Assembly (NCBI RefSeq): GCF_000023965.1
Contig: NC_013201.1
Location: 60,001-92,000 of the forward strand
Origin: Halomicrobium mukohataei DSM 12286
GTDB taxonomy: Archaea; Halobacteriota; Halobacteria; Halobacteriales; Haloarculaceae
DNA length: 32,000 nucleotides
Direction of reading: 5' to 3'
Of this stretch, positions 16,348-22,934 are shown in pieces (position 1 is the first letter of the stretch; every line of letters begins with the position of its first letter). The notes under the pieces were generated by a model. It did no database searches, was not told where the DNA came from, and was given only the letters and a program-made list of their open reading frames with translations. A program made the translations under genes and the position numbers.

Positions 16348-16593
16348 TCAGGCCACCAGCTTCTGTCGCAGCTCCCGTTCGTCGACGCGGAACTTGAACG
16401 CCGGCCGGTCGTCGACGAGCACGTAGGGGACGCGGTCGCCGTACTCCTCGCGCAGCGACGCCTCGTCGACGTCGACGACTTCGATGTCGACCGACCGAGC
16501 CACCGACTCGGCCACCGTCCGTATCGTCCGGAGCGCGTCGTCACAGAGGTGACACTCCTCCCGGGTGTACACTGTCACTGTCGTGTCCGCCAT
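16348..16593 (-). CDS. Glutaredoxin-like thioredoxin-fold protein (81 aa)
   Basis: An internal ATG of track ORF 16348..16752 gives MADTTVTVYTREECHLCDDALRTIRTV...DRVPYVLVDDRPAFKFRVDERELRQKL, with a CxxC motif after the first beta strand. Confidence 0.75.
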   Translation of the reverse strand: MADTTVTVYTREECHLCDDALRTIRTVAESVARSVDIEVVDVDEASLREEYGDRVPYVLVDDRPAFKFRVDERELRQKLVA

Positions 16594-16754
16594 CGTCTCG
16601 GTGTTGGTCCAGCGGGGTGAAAATCGATGCGATGGCCCGGCCACTGGACGCGCGTCGCCGAGAGCCAGCGGACCGTCGCTCCCTCGCCCGGCAGTACAGT
16701 TATCTGCGACGCGTGATAACCGATCGGTCACGATCCGTTCGTCGCCGCTCAACT

Positions 16755-17474
16755 ATGATCTCGTACTGCCACAGCAACGTCGGTCAGCAGCGTTCCGAAA
16801 ACGAGGATGCGTCCCGCTGTGCGTCGCTCGACGACGGGCGGGAACTCGTCGTCGTCGCCGACGGCATGGGGGGCCACCCGAAGGGTGCCGAGGCGAGTGC
16901 AACGGCTGTCGAGCGACTGTTCGAAACGGTCACCTCGGAGACGCCCGAAGACGACGGGCCAGAGGCCGTGCTCGAACGCGGCTTCCGGGCCGCACACGAC
17001 GCCGTGACCGATCTCGCGGCGGGCGAGCGCAAGACGCCGGGGACGACGCTCGTCGCCGCACTCGTCGCGGACGACACCGCGACGATCGCCAACGTCGGAG
17101 ACAGCCGCGCCTACTACGTCGACGACGCACTCCGGCAGGTGACCACCGACCAATCGCAGGTCCAGGAACTCGTCGAGGCGGGCGAGATCACGCCCGAAGA
17201 GGCCACGAACCACCCGATGAGCCACGTGCTGTCCCAGGCGGTCGGGACCGCCGACGACCTCGACGTCGACCTGTACACGCAGTCGCTCTCGGAGGGGTGG
17301 CTCCTGCTCTGTACGGACGGGCTCACCGATCCCGTTCCGGAGGACACGATCGAGGCGACCTGTCTCGACGCCGCGTCGCTCGAATCCGCGGGGACGGCTC
17401 TGATCCGGGAAGCCAACGACCGAGGCGGACCGGACAACGTCACCGTCGGTCTCTGCCGGACCGAAACGGCGTAG
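16755..17474 (+). CDS. PP2C-family Ser/Thr protein phosphatase
   Basis: The ATG at 16755 lies inside track ORF 16617..17474. PP2C motifs are present: NEDA, VVVADGMGGH, ANVGDSRAY, LLLCTDGL, GGPDNVTV. Confidence 0.9.
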   Translation: MISYCHSNVGQQRSENEDASRCASLDDGRELVVVADGMGGHPKGAEASATAVERLFETVTSETPEDDGPEAVLERGFRAAHDAVTDLAAGERKTPGTTLVAALVADDTATIANVGDSRAYYVDDALRQVTTDQSQVQELVEAGEITPEEATNHPMSHVLSQAVGTADDLDVDLYTQSLSEGWLLLCTDGLTDPVPEDTIEATCLDAASLESAGTALIREANDRGGPDNVTVGLCRTETA

Positions 17475-17576
17475 GCCACACTGCGGTGTCCGTTTCGTCG
17501 CCGCCTCGGGGACAGCGTCCGTCGGCAGTTCGCCGCCCCGGAGTGGCCGATGCCGTACACTCACAGCGCCATCTCA

Positions 17577-17655
17577 TACGGTGTATCGTCGTTGCGTACC
17601 GGCGATCGTCGCCACGGGGGTCGACGACACCGGTCTATCGTTCCACTCGCCAGTC
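17577..17655. mobile_element. 79-bp palindromic element, copy 2 (right arm degenerate), flanked by TCA triplets
   Basis: TACGGTGTATCGTCGTTGCGTACCGGCGATCGTCGCCACGG... shares the terminus, the TACCGG-GATCGTC arm core and the GTCGCCACGG loop with copy 1. The right terminal ~20 nt have diverged. TCA is present at 17574-17576 and at 17656-17658. The latter is the stop codon (reverse strand) of the 689-aa gene. Confidence 0.5.
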
Positions 17656-19725
17656 TCAGTCGGCGACGAAACAGAGCCCGTCAGCGGCGGCGGGGTAGCC
17701 GGTCGTCCCGTAGCCGTCTTCGGCCAGCCGTTCGAAGGCGGCCCGCACGATGTGTGGGCCGAAGTCGTGTTCGTCGACGACCGCGTGGTGCTGGACGACT
17801 TCGGTCATCGGGTCGTCGACGTAGTCGTCGCGCAGGACCTCGATGCAGTCGGCGACGCGCTCGCTGTCCACCGCACGCGTGAACAGATCGACGTTCTCGG
17901 AGACGAGGCGGTCGTTTCGGTCGTAGATCAGCTCGTTGGACTGGATGTCGACCAGACAGACGCTCACCTGCTGGTCGAACCGGGACCGCGCGGCGTCCTC
18001 GTTCTGGACGAACGCTTCCACGTCGTCGGTCCAGCCGGTGGGTGAGGCGATGCCGATCAGGTGGGTCGTGTCGTTCGACTCGGCGCGGGCGACCGTCTCG
18101 TTGACGACATCGATGAGGTCGTCGATGCCCGCGGGCCGCGCGTCGAAGCCGTTCACGGCGAAGGCTTCGAGGTTGGCGGCGACGACGGCCTCGACGACCA
18201 GTTTCGTCTCCGAGAACGCGACGAACTTGTTCGTCCGCACGCGGTAGGTCGAGAACCGTCCGACCGGGTACCGATCGGCCGTGGTCTCGTCGTCCAGTAC
18301 GTCTGCGACGATCGATCGGTGGTCCCCGGTGAAGTGTCGGCGTCGATCCTCCCAGAACCCCTCCGGGATCTCGAAGCGATCGCCACCGGGGAGCGTCAGG
18401 TGGGTCGCCTCCTCGACGGAGGTCTCGAACCGCGTGACGTAGTCCATCTCGTACAGCCGCGCCACTTGCGCGCGGATCGCCTTCCCGTCGGGCTCCTCGC
18501 GCTGACTCCGGACGGACTCGGCGATCTCTCCGACGCGCTCGTCCAGCTCGTCGACTCGGTCGACCCGCTGTTCGGCCGTCGCGACCCGTTCTTCGAGGTC
18601 GCCGAACTCCCGGTCCAGTCGATCCCCGGTCGTCTCCAGGCGCTCGCGTTCGTTCCGTAACCGCTGGATTTCGGCGCTGAGATCGCCTTTCCGCTCCGAG
18701 AGGCGGTCGAGTTCGTCTTCGAGCAGCGACGCGGCTTTCGACGCGGCCTCGTCCTGTAGCTCCTGGCGGGTCTCCTCGCGGGCCGCCTCCAGCTGCTCGA
18801 TCTGTGCTTCGAGGTCGTCTTCCAGCGTCGAGATCGTGTCGAGTTTCTCCGAGATCTCTCGTCTGTCCGCGGAGCGTTGCTCCGAGAGGGTCGCGATCTG
18901 GTCTTTGATCTCGTCGAGCTCGCCTTCGACGGCGTCCGTGTCGACGCCGCCGGTCGCCATCTCCGACTGGAGTCGGCTCATCTCGGTCCGGAGGGATCGC
19001 TCTTGCTCCTGGAGGCTGTGGTGGACCGTCTCCGAGAGCGACTCCAGCTCGTCCCGTACCGTCGCTTCGATGGCCTCTCGCTCGGATTTCGCGTCCCGGG
19101 CCGCTTCCGCGGCACTGACGATACCCTCGATGGTGTTCGGGAGCCCGTGGTGTTTGATGTAGAGGAAGACGGCCTCGTCGGCCAGTTCGAAGAACTCCTC
19201 GAACTCCCGCTGGAAGTACGAGATCGTCGCGCCGCGGATCTCGTTTGACGACGTGTCCAGCAGCGACTCCCGGAGGTCGGCTTGCGCTTCGAGTTCCTCG
19301 GTGACGAACTGGTGGACCTTCCCGTCCTTGTTCTTGATGTTGGTCTCCAGGTTCTCCTCGTCGATCTGCTTGAACTTCCGGCGGAAGTCGTCGAACTGCC
19401 TGACGAACTCGCGTTCTCCCGCCTCGAACTGGTCGACGAACCCCTTCGACTCGGGCTCGCTCTCGCCTGCCTCCTCGATCGCCGTCGCCAGGAGCAGCTT
19501 CGCGGCCTCGAAGGAGGCCACCTCGTTCTCTTTGGTGGCCTCGGGGATCGACTCCCGGTGTTCGGGGTAGAAGTCCCACTCGTACACCTCTTTGTTCTGT
19601 TCGAGCTGGTTGTACAGGTCTCGTCGGCGCTGTGCCGAGTAGTTCGCTAGTTCGACCAGGTCCTTCTGCAAGACCTGGTGGGCCGGATACGTCAGCTCTT
19701 CGCGTTTGTCTTTGATCGTTCCCAT
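17656..19725 (-). CDS. Large coiled-coil protein of unknown function (689 aa) with globular C-terminal domain
   Basis: ORF track. It has an acidic, halophile-type composition and a long central heptad region (about residues 220-420). No Walker A motif was seen. The C-terminal ~200 aa contain ...FVAFSETKLVV... and ...THLIGIASPTGWTDDVEAFV..., reminiscent of a PD-(D/E)xK/Mrr-like core (weak, by eye). Confidence 0.8.
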   Translation of the reverse strand: MGTIKDKREELTYPAHQVLQKDLVELANYSAQRRRDLYNQLEQNKEVYEWDFYPEHRESIPEATKENEVASFEAAKLLLATAIEEAGESEPESKGFVDQFEAGEREFVRQFDDFRRKFKQIDEENLETNIKNKDGKVHQFVTEELEAQADLRESLLDTSSNEIRGATISYFQREFEEFFELADEAVFLYIKHHGLPNTIEGIVSAAEAARDAKSEREAIEATVRDELESLSETVHHSLQEQERSLRTEMSRLQSEMATGGVDTDAVEGELDEIKDQIATLSEQRSADRREISEKLDTISTLEDDLEAQIEQLEAAREETRQELQDEAASKAASLLEDELDRLSERKGDLSAEIQRLRNERERLETTGDRLDREFGDLEERVATAEQRVDRVDELDERVGEIAESVRSQREEPDGKAIRAQVARLYEMDYVTRFETSVEEATHLTLPGGDRFEIPEGFWEDRRRHFTGDHRSIVADVLDDETTADRYPVGRFSTYRVRTNKFVAFSETKLVVEAVVAANLEAFAVNGFDARPAGIDDLIDVVNETVARAESNDTTHLIGIASPTGWTDDVEAFVQNEDAARSRFDQQVSVCLVDIQSNELIYDRNDRLVSENVDLFTRAVDSERVADCIEVLRDDYVDDPMTEVVQHHAVVDEHDFGPHIVRAAFERLAEDGYGTTGYPAAADGLCFVAD

Positions 19726-19727
19726 TG

Positions 19728-20252
19728 TTAGGCAATCATGTACCCGATCTCCTCTTCGATGAATTCACGGAGAAACTCCGGTGCCTCTCCGAAACCGTCG
19801 ATGACGACGTGGAGTCGGACGGTGTTCTGTTCTCGTTCTCGGATGTCGTACTGGATCTCGGCTCGTCCCTTCTTCGTGTAGACGGCCCAGAGACTCTCGC
19901 CGTCGGTCGTCGACCCCTGGTCGACGGCCTTTCGCTTTTTCATGATCGATTCCATCGCCCACTCGACGCGTTCGGCCTCGACGTCGTCGAACGTCTCGTC
20001 GATCGTCGCCTGGACCTGCGTCGCCTCGGTGTCGACGCGGTTCAGTTCGTACGCCGACAGCTCCTCTTCTGGCACCTTCGCCGCCAGCTGGTCGTACAGC
20101 TCGTCGATGTCGACGTCTCTCACGACGCGGGACATGCCGTCGAGGGACTCGATCGTCCCGTCCTCCCAGTTGTCGAGCAGGTACTCCGCGCGCTTTCGCT
20201 CGCGCTCGTCTTCGTAGTCGACGACGACGAGGTACGCACCGTCCTCGCTCAT
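19728..20252 (-). CDS. Hypothetical acidic protein (174 aa), translationally coupled to the 689-aa gene
   Basis: An internal ATG of track ORF 19728..20453 gives MSEDGAYLVVVDYEDERERKRAEYLLDNWEDGTIESLDG... Its stop codon lies 2 nt before the ATG of the downstream gene. A TATA-like TTTATAG (20369-20375, coding strand) is upstream. Confidence 0.65.
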   Translation of the reverse strand: MSEDGAYLVVVDYEDERERKRAEYLLDNWEDGTIESLDGMSRVVRDVDIDELYDQLAAKVPEEELSAYELNRVDTEATQVQATIDETFDDVEAERVEWAMESIMKKRKAVDQGSTTDGESLWAVYTKKGRAEIQYDIREREQNTVRLHVVIDGFGEAPEFLREFIEEEIGYMIA

Positions 20253-20380
20253 CTCGGTGCTGCCCTCCACTGGTCTGGGTGCTCCGTCGCGACGCCGACC
20301 GGCGTCGACCGACTCGCACACCCCTTCGTCGCGTCTCTCATCTCTCTGGCACAACGTTCCACCTCCAACTATAAACAATT

Positions 20381-20395
20381 TCTCCATATTGGACA
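20381..20395. promoter_or_regulatory. Palindromic motif TCTCCA-TAT-TGGACA, copy 2 of 3 (one mismatch)
   Basis: Read directly from the sequence. It lies 5 nt upstream of the TTTATAG box of the 174-aa/689-aa operon. Confidence 0.5.
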
Positions 20396-20487
20396 CAACT
20401 GTCCGTCGGAACCGATGGTCCGGACGCGACGCTTCGGTCTCCGTCGCGCTCACCCCTGTTTCGCGGTGGCGCTCGGAGGGCGTCGCG

Positions 20488-21202
20488 TCACTCGCCCAGG
20501 TCGATCACGTCGTCCAGCGTCCACTCGTCGTCGGCCCCTTCGAAATCGAGCGTCGGTTCGCCGTCGGCCTGTTCGAGCGGTTCGGGATCGAACGACGGAC
20601 CGTCGTCCCCGTCGAACGGCCCCGGCATCGGCTCCGGGTCGAGCGACCAGTCGGGGAGGTACCGATCGTCGATCTCCAGTGCGTCTGCGACGGCGGCGAG
20701 ATACTCGTCGGCCCGGCGCAACTCGACGCCGCAGTTCGCCTGTGCCCGGCTCACTCGTTGCTGTACGGCCTGGGGCGCTTCGCCCTCGACCGCACGGAGC
20801 GCGCGGACGACCTGTGTCGCGGTGAGTCGCCGCCCGTGCCTGTCGCGCCTTTCCGCTCGCTGCTCGTAGTTCTGCGTGAGCCGTGTGGCTCTCTCCTCGT
20901 GTCGTTCCCGCTCGTGGCCGTCGGCGTCGGCACCCGCCCGAAGCGTCTCCTCGAATCGCTCCTCTATAGTAACAATTGAAACGATTTACACACCGATCGC
21001 ACTGCTATCGTGCGATCGGGTGTGCATTGATTTTCAATGGCTACTATAGCTCGGCCATCTCCTCACCGACGAGTTCGTACTCGACCGCCTGCTCGCGTTC
21101 GAACAGTTCGAGGCGCTTTGCCTCCAAATCGGCGTCCAACAGCCGCTCGTCACGCGCGCCGAACTCGCTCTCGATCCACTCGCCGAGTTCCTGCCGGAAC
21201 AT
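20488..21202 (-). pseudogene. Hypothetical acidic protein gene (~208 aa if repaired) split by an 86-bp palindrome
   Basis: My own translation gives a 52-aa ORF at 21202->21044 (MFRQELGEWIESEFGARDERLLDADLEAKRLELFEREQAVEYELVGEEMAEL*). A downstream frame stays open from 20985 to 20488 with coding-like GC3, but has no ATG/GTG/TTG before the GTG at 20752 (...EERFEETLRAGADADGHERERHEERATRLTQNYEQ...). Deleting 88 nt (20965..21052) fuses them in frame. Confidence 0.5.
20964..21049. mobile_element. 86-bp palindromic element bounded by CTATAG...CTATAG (single copy in window)
   Basis: The left arm is CTATAGTAACAATTGAAACGATTTACACACCGATCGCAC. The reverse complement of the right arm is CTATAGTAGCCATTGAAAATCAATGCACACCCGATCGCAC. 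The loop is 7 nt. CT(C) is duplicated at both flanks. It is unrelated in sequence to the 79-bp family. Confidence 0.65.
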
Positions 21203-21235
21203 GGCACTCGGTTGCAGTGACTCCCATGTGAACTA

Positions 21236-21279
21236 CCCCACCCTACTCGCCAGCTACCGCTGGCTCCTTGAGGGTGGGG
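21236..21279. other. Nested GC-rich hairpin in a 285-bp non-coding region
   Basis: The hairpin reads CCCCACCCT-actc-GCCAGC-tacc-GCTGGC-tccttg-AGGGTGGGG, with a 9-bp outer stem and a 6-bp inner stem. It lies between the stop of kinase 1 (21497) and the start of the split gene (21202). Confidence 0.4.
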
Positions 21280-21496
21280 CTTCCTGCTTCTAAGACGCGC
21301 TTTGCAGATACAAGTGTATCTACAGTGAGCGCAGTCTCCACAGGCGTTCCTTCGGAGTGTCCCACTCCTAGCTGGCTCAGACCGCGAGAGAGGATATTGA
21401 TCGCCGCGTTCGAGTCTCTATCTGTCTAATACTGGCGGCTGTCCTCTCGTTCGTGTATTCCCCACCACGGGGCAGCGAAGTCGCTTTCCACGGCTG

Positions 21497-22639
21497 CTAC
21501 GGCGTGTCGTCGACGAGATCGTCCAGCGCGTCGGCGAGGTAGACCGCCCGACTGTACCGCTCCGAGGGGGCCGGTGCGAGCGCGGTCTGTACGACCTCGT
21601 CGACCGACGACGGCAGTTCTGGGCGCAGCTCCGACGGCGGCGTCGGCAGCGACCGCTCGGCGACCGACTCGCCCTCGGCTCCCGTCGCCGTCGGCACCCG
21701 TCCGGTCAGCAGTTCGTAGAGCACCGCGCCGAGCTGATAGATGTCCGTCCGGTGGTCGAGTTCCCGGTCGGACTCGAACTGCTCGGGGGCAGCGTAGCGC
21801 GGATCGAGCGCTGCCGGATCGCTGCCGCCGCGCTGAGTCTTCGCGACGCCCCAGTCGCCGATCTTGGGGAGGTCCCACGCTGCCTCCGGCGTCGGGGCGA
21901 AGAGGACGTTTTCGGCCCGGAGATCGAAGTGCCGGACCCCGAGGTGGTGTACGTCGGCGAGGGTCTCGGCCAGCACGCTCGCGATCCACAGCCCCTCGTC
22001 GATCGCGAGCCCGTCGTCGGCGTCGCGGAGGCGCTGGCGCAGGTCGCCGCCGGTCAGACGCTCCATCGCGATCCAGGGTCGGGGAACCTTCCCCCAGTCG
22101 ACGACGCTCACGACGTGGCGGTGGTCGTCACACTGGGCCCACAGCTTCCCCGCTTCGACGAACCGGTCGATCGTCGCTCCGGTCAGCGTCCCCTCGTCGG
22201 ACAGGCGCTTGACCGCGAGCGCCGCGTCCGGTTCGGACTCGACTGTCGCAGCCCTGACCTCAGCGAATCCGCCGTCGCCGATGCGCTCGCCGATCGTCAG
22301 CTCGCTGTAGGTGACCGACTCGGGCAGCGACGGCTCGACCGGCTCGGGCACCCTCTCGGCGGGTCTGGCGACCGTCGTCGGGGTGTCGGGCTCGTCGTTC
22401 GCTGCGGTGTCTGGGTCCTGTGGTTCGGCTGTCTGCTGTGAGACTGCCTCGTCGATCCCGACCGCCAGGTGACACTCGCCCTCGTAGATTTCGGTCGAGT
22501 AGACCCCGACGACCGCCCGGCCCCCTTCCCCTTCCAGGCTGTGGACGAGCACCGGCTCGGACTCGACCGTCGTCGTCTCGAAATCCCTCGAGAACTGTCC
22601 TGTCGTCGTCACGAACTGCGGCGGCTCGTCGTCCGTCAT
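21497..22639 (-). CDS. Hanks-type Ser/Thr protein kinase (K1) with ~100-aa unassigned N-terminal domain
   Basis: 380 aa. Motifs: IGDGGFAEV (Gly loop), LAVKRL, HFDLRAENVLF (catalytic loop, non-RD, K->R), KIGDWGVA (DWG in place of DFG), YAAPEQ. Confidence 0.85.
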   Translation of the reverse strand: MTDDEPPQFVTTTGQFSRDFETTTVESEPVLVHSLEGEGGRAVVGVYSTEIYEGECHLAVGIDEAVSQQTAEPQDPDTAANDEPDTPTTVARPAERVPEPVEPSLPESVTYSELTIGERIGDGGFAEVRAATVESEPDAALAVKRLSDEGTLTGATIDRFVEAGKLWAQCDDHRHVVSVVDWGKVPRPWIAMERLTGGDLRQRLRDADDGLAIDEGLWIASVLAETLADVHHLGVRHFDLRAENVLFAPTPEAAWDLPKIGDWGVAKTQRGGSDPAALDPRYAAPEQFESDRELDHRTDIYQLGAVLYELLTGRVPTATGAEGESVAERSLPTPPSELRPELPSSVDEVVQTALAPAPSERYSRAVYLADALDDLVDDTP

Positions 22640-22934
22640 CGCGTGCTCCGATGGAAACCGGCGGTTCCGACGAGGCCTGTTCCGAACGACGTTGCGAGCA
22701 TTCTGTCGTCGCCACTGTTTCCGGGCCAGCGTCTCAACTCTTCCGCTTCGTGGAGAGTTCTGGTTTTAACATCGTCCACTGGTTACCCACACCATGGTCG
22801 CTAACTTCGAAAATATCGAGGCCCGGAGGTTCGTCGGGGTCGCCGTCCTCACTGTGGATGGGGTGATCGATGTCACCGAGGAGTGAGCCGTTCGGCGACC
22901 GTCGAACGGCGTCGGGCGAGCAGAGGTGTGACTC

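Noticed and set aside
21408-21416. T-loop-like GTTCGAGTC in the non-coding spacer.
   Set aside because: There are no complementary 5-bp stem arms around it, so it is not a tRNA.
22737-22756. ACTCTTCCGCTTCGTGGAGAGT, a possible fourth copy of the TCTCCA-N3-TGGAGA motif upstream of the TTTTAA box.
   Set aside because: Only the TGGAGA half-site matches. The left half is shifted and mismatched, and the spacing differs. It is mentioned only as weak context.
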